Positions 19,096 to 28,911 of a DNA stretch of 64,000 nucleotides are shown one piece after another. The notes below the pieces were generated by a model. It did not search any database and had not been told where the DNA came from. It saw only the letters and a program-made list of their open reading frames with translations. Origin of the DNA: a virus (taxonomy: Duplodnaviria > Caudoviricetes); IMG/VR virus record IMGVR_UViG_3300002485_000004, positions 6,563 to 70,562 of that record, one strand, 5' to 3'. Position 1 is the stretch's first letter. Each line of letters begins with the position of its first letter. A program made the translations under genes and the position numbers.

Positions 19096-19896
19096 CTAGT
19101 AAGCCACCGCAGTAACCCCGTGATGCGCTCGACAGCTGGTGTACGTTCCTAGGGCGACCGGGCCTTCAGGGTCCAGCAGTGGATACAGCACCGGGTGCTT
19201 CAACACGTCGTCGAACAGCATCACCTCCCCATCCACGACGAGCTCGTTGTGGATGAACCTCACGCCGTGGGCGTAGTCAGCGTACTCCACGCCGTGGGCG
19301 TTGACGTTGTTGCCCTGAATGGGCTTCCCCTTGGCGTTGAACCATCCGTAGAAGCTGAGCCACTCCCCGCAGGTGTTGTTCATCCGCTTCGACACGCACA
19401 CGTTCTTCAGGTGGCCCTCGTTCAGAGCGCCAGGAACGAAGCCAGAGGCGCTGCGTATCTTCTGCGTCTGCTTCCCCCACCGGGCCGTGTCCGTCATCGT
19501 ACTGTCGTACGGTGGCCCCCACGGTTGCGCCACCTGTCTGGTAGACGCCGTGTAGATGAAGTCGACCAGCTTGGGCGTAGGAAGGTGGGCGTTGAAGTGC
19601 TGAGCTAGCCGCTCCGCTGTAAGCGCGCCCATGGGGACGAACACCCAGTCGGCGTCGGTGCCCAGGCAGAAGAAGTCTGGCAGGCAGCAAATCTCTAGCT
19701 CGTGGTCATCCACGGCGAGGTTGACCACCATCCACCGGCACAAGAAGTCGGGGATGCACCCCATCATCGCCCAGTGGAATATAGCCTCGGACCGCTCAGC
19801 CCCCAGCTTGGGGGGCATGTGCTTGAGTATCTCAGTGGCCGGGGTCCCTGGGTTCTTTGGTAGGTCTAGGTGATGTTGCATCAACTTGTGCTCCAT
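19096..19896 (-). CDS. Conserved hypothetical protein (LPTPKLVD...FYGWF...PIQ...H..EYADYAHGVRF type)
   Basis: Motifs I recall from uncharacterised bacterial proteins; function not assigned. Confidence 0.65.
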   Translation of the reverse strand: MEHKLMQHHLDLPKNPGTPATEILKHMPPKLGAERSEAIFHWAMMGCIPDFLCRWMVVNLAVDDHELEICCLPDFFCLGTDADWVFVPMGALTAERLAQHFNAHLPTPKLVDFIYTASTRQVAQPWGPPYDSTMTDTARWGKQTQKIRSASGFVPGALNEGHLKNVCVSKRMNNTCGEWLSFYGWFNAKGKPIQGNNVNAHGVEYADYAHGVRFIHNELVVDGEVMLFDDVLKHPVLYPLLDPEGPVALGTYTSCRAHHGVTAVAY

Positions 19897-19962
19897 GGCA
19901 GCCCCCAACAATAAATACTACCACCAGGGCATAACAATGCTGACGCAAGGAGGAGGTTTCGG

Positions 19963-21039
19963 TTGAAAAGCATCCAAATGGCGGCGCGAACGCTGCTCTT
20001 TCTGCACTCAGTTGGCGCGACCACAGATGCGCTGCTGAAGGCGCCAAAGAACTCCACCGCCCTGTTCACCAAGAGCGAGTTCTTCGCCAAGGGCAGGAAC
20101 GGCATAAAGAGCAATGATCACTCCTCGGCGCTCATTACCGCCATCAACAAGGAGGCCGCTCCAGCGCGTTGGCATCAAGACGTATTGAACCGCTTGCTGA
20201 AGTACGACGTGCTGATGGCGGTGAAGCCCGATGATGGCGAAGAAGAGCTCTACGAGACCCGTGTCGACGGTAAGTTCTGGGCTCTCGTGGAGAACATAGA
20301 GAAGGGCGGCATCCTACCCAGTAGCATCCTGTTCGATAGCGACGAGTCGCTAGAGAACTCGATGGCAGCTGCTGGCTTTATAGGACCCCCAGCTGTGTCA
20401 AGCAGCGAGCCGTCAGGGGCGCCCGAGGAAAAGGAGGAAGAGGGCGACAGCGTAGAGGAGATGAGAGAGATAGTTCAAGAGATAAAGGAGATGGAGGGCA
20501 GCGCGGTCCATAAGACCATGAGGGCGCTTGTCGGGTACGTGCGCGACATAGCCGCTATAGACGAGGCCATTCAGGAAAAGCTTCTGGAGTCTCGTAAAGA
20601 GGTAAAGGACGCGATCTCAGACCTCACCAACACGTTCCTTGCTCGAATGGACCTCGCTGACAAGAAGAGCAGACAACGGTTTGAGGAGTTCGACAGGAAG
20701 CTGAGCGATCGGATCGTAGAGACTGAGCGGCACATCAGCGCAGGTTTCGCCAACCAAGCCGGCAACGACAAGGTACTTATTCAGCACGGGCAGGTAGCGG
20801 CTGTTAGGCTGAACGAGCTACATACCACGATAAAAGCCCATGGAGAGGCAGATGAGAGGCGTACTGGTCTACTCAGCAGAAACGTGGGGGAGCTAGTTAA
20901 GTCGCTCAGAAAAGCAAACCAAGAAGCCACCCTGCGCGTACTGGCAGAACAGGCTGAAGCTCTCATCAGGCACATCACAGAGGTGACCACCGAGATGGCA
21001 GTGGACGCTATCGACGAGAGAAAAGATGGCGAAAAGTAG
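19963..21039 (+). CDS. Hypothetical coiled-coil protein
   Basis: 358-aa ORF preceded by GGCATAAC and GGAGG. Confidence 0.7.
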   Translation: MKSIQMAARTLLFLHSVGATTDALLKAPKNSTALFTKSEFFAKGRNGIKSNDHSSALITAINKEAAPARWHQDVLNRLLKYDVLMAVKPDDGEEELYETRVDGKFWALVENIEKGGILPSSILFDSDESLENSMAAAGFIGPPAVSSSEPSGAPEEKEEEGDSVEEMREIVQEIKEMEGSAVHKTMRALVGYVRDIAAIDEAIQEKLLESRKEVKDAISDLTNTFLARMDLADKKSRQRFEEFDRKLSDRIVETERHISAGFANQAGNDKVLIQHGQVAAVRLNELHTTIKAHGEADERRTGLLSRNVGELVKSLRKANQEATLRVLAEQAEALIRHITEVTTEMAVDAIDERKDGEK

Positions 21040-21949
21040 CCTAGAGGAGTTGATAAAGCTTCACAACGAGATGCGCGACGAGGCTTCGCCGAAGGAGCTG
21101 GCAGAACTAGAGTGGGAGATCAACTTTGCTCGCATGAAAGCTGGCGAGCGTGGGATGTTCAGGGATTGGGCTATTACCCGGCTGGGGATGCGGCCGGGTA
21201 CAACGGCTGTGCGCGCCCGGCTGCTTACGTTTGGAAGTGCGATGGATGCCCTGTGGGCGCTGCTCGCAGAGGGAAAGGTAACGTACGACACCGCTAACGG
21301 AATCGCAGCGGTAGCTAACGCGTACGCGCGCAAGTACTCAATAGAGCTGAAAGAGGCGGTGGGCCACGTGCTGGGGAACATGACCAAGGCGAAGCACGGC
21401 TCTGGCTACTCCTTCCGCAATCCTCCGCCCCCGCCTGGGGCCGTTGAGGAAGAGCCCACTCCAGAGCCGCCACCGTCAACGTCGAGCAATCTCGGCACAC
21501 TATCCAAGCTGACGAAGAAGCGTCTGGAGCGGGAGTGTCGGAACTTCGTGGAGGTGCAGATGGGTCCAGAGGCGCTCACGATCGACGCCGTACTCATTGC
21601 TGACGAGCTAGTCGGGATGATGGGGGTTGCGCTGGACGATGCTCGGGCGAAGATCGAGGCACTGAAGACCAAGAAGCGCGCAGAGGAAAACGTCAAGGTA
21701 GGCCGCCGAAAGTTCGCGGAGGCGTGCAAGGTCATGAGCCTCAACCTGAAGTGGAGCCAGCCGTTTGACCTCACGGAGGTGAAGCACCGAAAGAACAAGC
21801 GGGTGCTGGAGCTGCACCCGGACCGTAATGAAGGGGACCATCAGTTCCAAAAAGAGCTGGAGAAGGTCCTGCAGGCATATGAAACGATCGAGACGCACCA
21901 CAGGGAAGTACATGCCAAACAACGCGCAAGCCATCGTTCCCGTCGCTGA
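21026..21949 (+). CDS. Protein with C-terminal DnaJ-type J-domain
   Basis: EVKHRKNKRVLELHPDRNEGDHQFQKELEKVLQAYETI contains the HPD motif. Confidence 0.7.
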   Translation: MAKSSLEELIKLHNEMRDEASPKELAELEWEINFARMKAGERGMFRDWAITRLGMRPGTTAVRARLLTFGSAMDALWALLAEGKVTYDTANGIAAVANAYARKYSIELKEAVGHVLGNMTKAKHGSGYSFRNPPPPPGAVEEEPTPEPPPSTSSNLGTLSKLTKKRLERECRNFVEVQMGPEALTIDAVLIADELVGMMGVALDDARAKIEALKTKKRAEENVKVGRRKFAEACKVMSLNLKWSQPFDLTEVKHRKNKRVLELHPDRNEGDHQFQKELEKVLQAYETIETHHREVHAKQRASHRSRR

Positions 21950-22451
21950 CGAAGAGGCAACGCTGTCTCACAAGATCGCTCAACTTCTGGATGAGCGAGC
22001 AAGGCAGCATCCGTACCGGTTCATCTCATTCCCGGAAGCCACCAAGAAGGTGTTCAAGCTTCCTCGTATGCCGTCCGACGACTCCGCAGACGTGCGGGTC
22101 CTCAAGCGCCGCATGCAGCGCGCAAGGATCATCTTGGATGCGGAGTACGGCCGAGGATACATCTATGCGCGCGGCCAAGGCATCCGGGCCAGCGTGGACG
22201 AGCAGGACCGAGCCAGGAACTGCATCCACAAGACGGCGTCCAGGGCACAAGCGGCGATCACCAGGCACGTCGCTGAGACGGGCAGCATCGATGCGTCCAA
22301 GATCCGAGAGCGCGCGCTTCGCGAGTATACAATCGGTCAACAGCAAGTTGCCAAGCAACTGGGGAGCCAGGTGGAGTCCCTGAAGCAGCTTCCTCCTCCA
22401 AAACGAGAAGAATCAGAAGTACCGGAACGCAAAGCTGGAAGGCGCCAGTAG
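21912..22451 (+). CDS. Hypothetical basic protein
   Basis: Likely start ATG 21912. Confidence 0.6.
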   Translation: MPNNAQAIVPVADEEATLSHKIAQLLDERARQHPYRFISFPEATKKVFKLPRMPSDDSADVRVLKRRMQRARIILDAEYGRGYIYARGQGIRASVDEQDRARNCIHKTASRAQAAITRHVAETGSIDASKIRERALREYTIGQQQVAKQLGSQVESLKQLPPPKREESEVPERKAGRRQ

Positions 22452-22491
22452 GGACTACAACGTGGGCGCCCGCAGGGGCGCCTAGACTAGC

Positions 22492-22521
22492 CCTGCAATC
22501 CCAAGTGGAAAGCGGTATAAC
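22492..22521 (+). promoter_or_regulatory. Phage promoter motif CCTGCA-N16-GGTATAAC
   Basis: Upstream of the GGAGG SD and ORF 22561. Confidence 0.6.
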
Positions 22522-22560
22522 AACGTTGGAACTGTAGAGAAGGGCTACCAGGAGGATACG

Positions 22561-22977
22561 ATGAAAGAACATGAGGACTGCTTTCTGTGCACGCTGGCCA
22601 AGAAGATTGGCCGGCGCAGGTGCGGCACCATCCGTGAGAAGATCACCAAGCAGCTGCATAAGGTGGTCAACTCGCATGCACGCAGCATCCGTCAAGCAGC
22701 ACTGGACAGAGGGGTGTCCAAGGAGGACTACGTCGAGCTGATTCACCACACGGCGTTCAACGCGATCGTGGAGCTGCTGGTCGACACGGTGCTGTCCTTC
22801 GGCATCAACCCCATGGTGGCCATGGCCGCGTTCATGCAGGTCTACAACCGCATGTCCAGTGACACCCCCTTCGTGATCATCCCAATCCCGATGGGTGGGG
22901 CCCCAGAGGAAGAGGGCGACAAGAAGAGCGACGCGGCCAAAAAGGAACCACCACCCGTGAACAAGAGGTTGAACTAG
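22561..22977 (+). CDS. Hypothetical protein
   Basis: 138-aa ORF with SD. Confidence 0.65.
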   Translation: MKEHEDCFLCTLAKKIGRRRCGTIREKITKQLHKVVNSHARSIRQAALDRGVSKEDYVELIHHTAFNAIVELLVDTVLSFGINPMVAMAAFMQVYNRMSSDTPFVIIPIPMGGAPEEEGDKKSDAAKKEPPPVNKRLN

Positions 22978-23259
22978 ATGAACATCGAGATGCTGAAGCG
23001 GAAGTTCCAGCTGGAGCTCAGCCGCTTCATGAAGAGCAACGGCCTAAACAGCGCGTCGACGGCGTGGCTGCTGGACTGCCACAAGAGCACCGTCGAGAAC
23101 TGGGAGTCAGGCCGTACGCTTCCGTCAAGGAACAATGCCCTCATGCTGGCGTACTTTGCGGAGAACGTCCGCACGGTGCTCAACCTGCTGGCGGGGGTGG
23201 ACGCGGCTGCATTCCGGTTTGCCGAGCACAGGAGCCAGGGCGGGAAGAAGGCGGCGTGA
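22978..23259 (+). CDS. XRE-like HTH protein
   Basis: STAWLLDCHKSTVENWESGRTLP. Confidence 0.7.
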   Translation: MNIEMLKRKFQLELSRFMKSNGLNSASTAWLLDCHKSTVENWESGRTLPSRNNALMLAYFAENVRTVLNLLAGVDAAAFRFAEHRSQGGKKAA

Positions 23260-24062
23260 CCCCGAAGGAAATGCGGGTCATCCTGCGGAAGTACCTCGAC
23301 ACGCTTGACGCGCCGCCCAAGCGCTTGAACAGCACGATGCTGGACGCTGCGATGTGCCTGTTCGAGGAAGAACCGGGCTACTACCTGTGCCACGTCGCGT
23401 GGATGTGCGCGGAGACGAAGGACCTCGCGCAGAACACGGAAGACGAGCGGAACAAGGCCAACCGCTGGCTCGGCTTCATTCAGGGGTGCTTGTGGTCCTC
23501 TGGCTTCTATTCGATCAACGCGATGCGGGATCACAACCGCACCCATCCAGAGCAAGACCCTCAGCACCTGGTGATACAGCAGCACCTCAACCTGGAGGGC
23601 GTCACCGACCACGTGGAGCTAACGCTTCAGATCGACCCCGCCGAGGAGACGGTAGAAGAACCAGACCCAAAGGCGGTGGTCGTCAACGTCCGAGTTCCAA
23701 AGGCAGCTGACTTTGTGAAGCTCGCGCCCAACGCCACCGTCAAGCTGCTGCTGAACTCCCTCGAGGAGGCGACGATTAACACCCCGATCGAACTGGAGCA
23801 CACGTTGGTTGTCTCCTACATGAACGTGACCAAGAAGGAGCTGGACCCTCTGCTCGCCAACCCGGCGGTGACGACCGACGATGGCGAGTGCTTTGCTCTG
23901 TTCCGCGTCGACACGGATGAGGTGGACGACATCCTGGACGGGTCTCCCATGGGAGAGAACGTCAAGGCCATAGCGCTCTACGCTCGTGAGATGGGTTGCT
24001 CCCACTTGAAGCTCGAGCAGCTGGGAGAGGTGCTTCCTGGCTTCCCCATCTTCGACTGGTGA
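23256..24062 (+). CDS. Hypothetical protein (N-terminal RWLGFIQG domain)
   Basis: GTG start overlapping the previous stop; KANRWLGFIQGCLW motif shared with 28399-28911. Confidence 0.65.
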   Translation: MTPKEMRVILRKYLDTLDAPPKRLNSTMLDAAMCLFEEEPGYYLCHVAWMCAETKDLAQNTEDERNKANRWLGFIQGCLWSSGFYSINAMRDHNRTHPEQDPQHLVIQQHLNLEGVTDHVELTLQIDPAEETVEEPDPKAVVVNVRVPKAADFVKLAPNATVKLLLNSLEEATINTPIELEHTLVVSYMNVTKKELDPLLANPAVTTDDGECFALFRVDTDEVDDILDGSPMGENVKAIALYAREMGCSHLKLEQLGEVLPGFPIFDW

Positions 24063-24113
24063 CAGCGCCTGAGCAGTGACTCAGGAGGAGGTGCCCGCTG
24101 GCCTCCTTTTAGC

Positions 24114-24144
24114 CCTGCATCTTCAGTGGGTGGTGAGGCATAAC
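24114..24144 (+). promoter_or_regulatory. Phage promoter motif CCTGCA-N17-GGCATAAC
   Basis: Exact motif preceded by two hairpins. Confidence 0.65.
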
Positions 24145-24156
24145 AACCTCGGCACC

Positions 24157-24375
24157 ATGAAACGCACCGTAAGATTGTACGACCTCGATGAGGGGAATCA
24201 CGAGGCCATCGCCTACATCACGGCCGAGGAGGACATTCTCGATCTTCTCATCACTGAGGAGGAATATGAGGACCTCGGGGTGGAGGAGATCACGATGGTT
24301 AACGTAAACAGCGCAGAGGAACTTGCAGACCTCCTTGCCCGTAAACCGATAGATGAAGAGGAGACAACAGGATGA
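24157..24375 (+). CDS. Acidic hypothetical protein
   Basis: Likely start ATG 24157 after the promoter. Confidence 0.55.
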   Translation: MKRTVRLYDLDEGNHEAIAYITAEEDILDLLITEEEYEDLGVEEITMVNVNSAEELADLLARKPIDEEETTG

Positions 24376-25514
24376 GCAACTTCAACCCCGACGAGTGGGA
24401 CGGCTCCAAGCCCCTCCCTGTTCTTTACGCCCGCACAGCCACTGGAGCCACCAACGTCTGGCGCTGCTGGATTGAGGGGGCGTACGTCTGCGTGGAGTGG
24501 GGGCAGCTTGACGGTGCCCTTCAACAGGGCCGTTTCGCCTGCGCTCCCAAGAACACCGGGCGTGCCAACGCAACGACGGCGCAAGAGCAAGCCCGTCTCG
24601 AAGCTATCTCCAAGTGGAAGAAGCAGCTGAAGAAGAAGTACTCCATGACAGTGGAGGCCACGAAGGAGATGAACTTCTCCCCGATGCTGGCCAAAAGCTT
24701 CAACGACAGAAAGGACAAGATCACGTACCCGGTCTACGTGCAACCGAAGTTCGATGGGGTGCGGTGCATGGCTTACCGTGACGAGAACGGGGACGTGCAG
24801 TTGATGAGCCGCGGAAAAGACCCATACAACGTGCTTCACATCTCTGGGGCGTTGGACGGCCACCTGCGCAGCGGCGACGTACTGGACGGGGAGCTATACA
24901 TCCACGGGATGAAGCTACAGGACATCGTCAGCCTGGTGAAGCGCCCGCAAGGGGCTAGCAAAGAGCTCATGTACTGCGTCTACGACATTGTTAGGATGCG
25001 CGGCTACCAAGCGCAAAACTGGGAGGAGCGCTTGAACTACTTGAACGACTGGTTCGAGATTAGTCGCTTTCAGGGGCTTTCTCCGTCCATACAAATGGTA
25101 CAGACCGTGAAAGCGCCAGATGAGATGAACGTTCGACACTGCCACGACGAGTACGTGAAGATGGGGTACGAGGGTGCCATCATCCGCCTCCCAGAGGGCA
25201 TCTACCGCTTCGGATATCGCTCAAGTGACCTGCTGAAGCTGAAGGCGTTCCAGGACGACGAGTTCAAGGTCATCGGATGCCAGCCTGGAAAGGGCAAGTT
25301 CGCCAACGCCCCCATCTTCAGGTGCGTGACGAAGAACGGCAAGGAGTTCGACGTCGTACCGAAGGGCACAGAGCAAGAGCGGTACGAGATGCTGTGCAGG
25401 GCCATGAAGGGCTCCTACGACGGCAAGTTTCTCAACGTCCGCTTCTTCTCATACACGAATGATGGGGCTCCGCAGTTCCCCGTCGGGATGTACTTCAGGG
25501 AGGAAGGTACATGA
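24372..25514 (+). CDS. ATP-dependent DNA ligase with N-terminal WGR-like domain
   Basis: Motif I VQPKFDGVRC; LDGELY; GYEGAIIR; LLKLKAFQDDEF; C-terminal PQFPVG. Confidence 0.92.
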   Translation: MSNFNPDEWDGSKPLPVLYARTATGATNVWRCWIEGAYVCVEWGQLDGALQQGRFACAPKNTGRANATTAQEQARLEAISKWKKQLKKKYSMTVEATKEMNFSPMLAKSFNDRKDKITYPVYVQPKFDGVRCMAYRDENGDVQLMSRGKDPYNVLHISGALDGHLRSGDVLDGELYIHGMKLQDIVSLVKRPQGASKELMYCVYDIVRMRGYQAQNWEERLNYLNDWFEISRFQGLSPSIQMVQTVKAPDEMNVRHCHDEYVKMGYEGAIIRLPEGIYRFGYRSSDLLKLKAFQDDEFKVIGCQPGKGKFANAPIFRCVTKNGKEFDVVPKGTEQERYEMLCRAMKGSYDGKFLNVRFFSYTNDGAPQFPVGMYFREEGT

Positions 25515-25949
25515 GAGCGCACGAGTATCGAACTCGAGTTGGCGTTGCCCCACACGCCATAGGAACGGCGCAAGAGGTATATCCAGTGCTAATGCGCGGT
25601 GTGTCCGAAGAACAATGGCCCGAACGGTGGGAGCACGAAGACCTCCTATCTGAGGAGACAGCCAAGCCAAAGAACAAGTACTTTGATGGGCTGGTGGCGC
25701 CGTGAGGAAGCGCACAGAGCTGGTGATCATCACAACGAAAGAGGTGATCACGCAGGGCCTATACCACTGCAGCAACGACTGCCCCCACATGCTCAACCAA
25801 CGCGCTCGAGTGTTCGTTGACGGAGTTCCATACGAGAAGTGGTTGACGACTTGCACAGCATTTGACGCCCCGCTAACCTGGGACAACAAGTACAAGGGGA
25901 ACGGATACCGGCGGCATCCTGAGTGCATCAAGAAGGCGGTGCCTTCTAC

Positions 25950-26291
25950 ATGATGCTTCGTCTGGAGCTGAAGAACGGGTTCAGCATAATCACCCACGGA
26001 GACGTCCATAACTACGGGGCGAACGTCACCGTGGTCGACCCCGCTGGTAAAGAGCGTGGGCATTGGGACTCAAAGGAGTGGGCTGCGGACCCAGAGTGCG
26101 TGATGGGGGCAATCCTGGCCGCTGCAGCGGGTCTACCAATACCGTTCAACCAGTACGCGTACGAAGAATGCCCCAAGTGCTTCGGAACAGGTGACAGCAA
26201 CCCCCACGGCATCAAGTACGTCGACCATGGCAAGTGTGAGCTGTGCAACGGAACTGGGATCTCCACGAGGGAAGAGCCACATGACAGCTAG
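25950..26291 (+). CDS. Protein with DnaJ-type CxxCxGxG zinc finger
   Basis: CPKCFGTG and CELCNGTG. Confidence 0.65.
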   Translation: MMLRLELKNGFSIITHGDVHNYGANVTVVDPAGKERGHWDSKEWAADPECVMGAILAAAAGLPIPFNQYAYEECPKCFGTGDSNPHGIKYVDHGKCELCNGTGISTREEPHDS

Positions 26292-26877
26292 AAAGAAGTC
26301 GTACAACGCGCGCCCACGACAATGGGTGGGCACACCGAAGACCGTAGCGGTCGATTTCGACGGGGTGATCCACGCCTACACCAGCGCGTGGACCCGAACG
26401 GATGAGATCAGTGACGGTCCTACAGAAGGGGCGCTGGAAGCCATCCGCGGGTATATGAACGCCGGCTTCAACGTCGTCATCTTCTCAGCCAGGGCCAATG
26501 ACCCTGCTGGTAAAGCCGCCATCGAAGCGTGGCTCATCAAGCACAAGTTCCCCGAAGGCATCCTCGTCACCAGCGACAAGCCGCAAGCTGTTTTGTACAT
26601 CGACGACCGTGGGTTCCACTTCACTGGGAAGTGGCCAACAGCGGCGTTCATACGCGAGTTCATCCCCTGGAACCGGCAGCCGATGGTGAAACCACCCACT
26701 GAAGGTACCTGCATCGTATGCCTGGAGATGGACGAGCTGGATGAGAACGGCGTCTGCGGGGTATGCGTCGAGTGCGACATCAACGAGGCGGCCATCAGGC
26801 GCCATGAGCAACAGCAAAGCCTGGAAGCGAACTCCGCCACCAGCGTCGACCTCGAGGATGAAGACCGAGATGACTGA
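26281..26877 (+). CDS. HAD-superfamily phosphatase-like protein
   Basis: VAVDFDGVIH (DxD), VVIFSAR, DKPQAVLYIDDRG. Confidence 0.8.
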   Translation: MTARKKSYNARPRQWVGTPKTVAVDFDGVIHAYTSAWTRTDEISDGPTEGALEAIRGYMNAGFNVVIFSARANDPAGKAAIEAWLIKHKFPEGILVTSDKPQAVLYIDDRGFHFTGKWPTAAFIREFIPWNRQPMVKPPTEGTCIVCLEMDELDENGVCGVCVECDINEAAIRRHEQQQSLEANSATSVDLEDEDRDD

Positions 26878-27692
26878 CGACGCCATAAAGGATGCGGCAG
26901 AGGCCCCTCCCGCCGCCATGGTTCTTCATGCGGTGGCGCTCAAGGAACGCATAGAAGGGGCGCGCCACCTTCTCGGACTTAATACAGCCGGCTCAGTGCT
27001 GTGGAGGCACAAGAAGAGCCTAAGAGAGTACGTGGTCAGCGGTGTCGCACTAGAGGAGAAGACGCTCACAGCAGTTGTCATCTACAACGCCGCCAGCGAC
27101 GGACTATGGCCGTGCCGATTCACACGGCCGATACTGGAGTTCCTTTCAAGATTCGAAAGGGTGAGATGACTGACGAGAACGATGTCGTTCCAGAGCCCGT
27201 CGCAGAGCAGGCTCAAGTAGTCGACGTGCTTGTGGAGCTCACAGAGCTTCTCAACACACTTCCCAGCAACAAGGAGCGGATGCAAGTGCTGAGCTGCGCA
27301 TGCCTGATCATCGGCATGCCCCGCGAGGCGGAGCACCTGATGCAACGCCTAAAGGAGTGGTGATGGCGAAGTGCGAAACCTGCGGCGGACTTGGGATCTT
27401 GTTCGTCAGCGACCCTAGAGTGGACCCTGGCATCATCCGGTGCACCAAGTGCAACCAGTTCAAGAGCACCGCCAAGGCTGTGGAGTACCTGAAGGAGGCT
27501 CTGGAGCAACGGAACGAGCTGGAGAAGATCATCCTGGAGCTCTGCGATGGATGCCTCCGCCGAGCATCAGAGATCAAGTACGTGTCAGGTTCAGATGACG
27601 CCGACTCCAAGTGGTTGGAGAAGGCCATCAGTGACGTGTTCAACCGGTACACGTTCGACCAGACCTGGCGGCGAGTAGACCCCAAGTAGCCG

Positions 27693-28073
27693 ATGCTCGC
27701 TATTTTGGTGTGCGGAGGACGGGACTTCAGCGACCGAGACCTTCTGTTCACCTGGATGGCTCGCCTGCGCCCCGACTGTGTGATGCACGGCGGGGCGCGT
27801 GGCGCCGACTCTCTCGCAAACGACATAGCCCTGAATGACCTGAAGACGTGCGTCCTCGTGTTTCCAGCCAAGTGGGATGAATACGGGCGCGGCGCTGGTC
27901 CGATCAGGAATCAGGAGATGCTCGATTCTCTCCTGAAGCTACGAAGCACATGGGACATCAAAGTGCTGGCGATGCCTGGCGGTAGAGGCACGGCGGACAT
28001 GATCGACCGTGCCCGTAAAGCCGGCGTTGACGTAATCGCGCTGAACTACCCACTCCCGGTACATAGGAAGTAA
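27693..28073 (+). CDS. DUF2493 / SLOG-family protein
   Basis: ILVCGGRDF, HGGARGAD, GAGPIRNQEM, PGGRGTADM. Confidence 0.85.
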   Translation: MLAILVCGGRDFSDRDLLFTWMARLRPDCVMHGGARGADSLANDIALNDLKTCVLVFPAKWDEYGRGAGPIRNQEMLDSLLKLRSTWDIKVLAMPGGRGTADMIDRARKAGVDVIALNYPLPVHRK

Positions 28074-28398
28074 GCATGAAGTACATCGTCACTTTTTACG
28101 GGTGCCCAAGAGGACGTCTGAACACCGCATGGAAGCAGTGGTACAACCTCGTCGTTGAAGCCGACAGCATGGAGGAGGCGATGCTAAAGCCGTACGACAC
28201 GCACGACCACTTGCTCCCGTCTAGAACGATTGTGGAGGAGGCGGTGCCTATAAGCGAGCTCAGCACCAACGAGATTGCCAACGGTCACTCTTCTGGGGCG
28301 CTGGTGAAGGATGACACCGCCTCCTACATCAAAAAGCCGTGGCTCGATAAGTATAGGGCAGACGCGAGTAAGGCATAACAACAGCGGAGAGGAGCAAG

Positions 28399-28911
28399 AT
28401 GACGCCTGAAAAGATGAGTACAGTTCTGAAGAGCTACCAGCACTTGGGAGCTGATATGGTTAAGAGGCTGCCGGAAGAGTGGTACAGCAAACCGGATTTT
28501 TGGGCGGCAAGCGCCATTGCTATCCGCGTGCCGGTCATGCGGCACATCAACTGGATGTGCCGGGAGGCGCAGTCCTTCTTGCAGAGCAACGTCTGCGGAT
28601 GCGGCCAGAACCACGGACCCGACCCCAGTAAAGTGGAGAAGGCCATGCGCTGGCTTGGCTTCATTCAGGGCGTGCTGTGGTGCACCGGCTTCAAGAGCCT
28701 CGATGACCTGCGCAACGACAGCAAGCCCGACGAGTTCCCATTCCGGACCATAATGGAGGCGGAGATGGAGGTGCAGAGCAAAGCGGCGGCGGACAAGGTA
28801 AGAGCCCTGGTGGCAAAGGGCTTAATCAATACCATCGGCGCCGATACCAACCGCTTCGACAGCTCGAAGGAGAACAGGAGCAACGGGCCGAACAAAAAGG
28901 AGTTCAAATGA
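28399..28911 (+). CDS. Hypothetical protein (RWLGFIQG domain)
   Basis: KAMRWLGFIQGVLW; GGCATAAC motif upstream. Confidence 0.65.
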   Translation: MTPEKMSTVLKSYQHLGADMVKRLPEEWYSKPDFWAASAIAIRVPVMRHINWMCREAQSFLQSNVCGCGQNHGPDPSKVEKAMRWLGFIQGVLWCTGFKSLDDLRNDSKPDEFPFRTIMEAEMEVQSKAAADKVRALVAKGLINTIGADTNRFDSSKENRSNGPNKKEFK

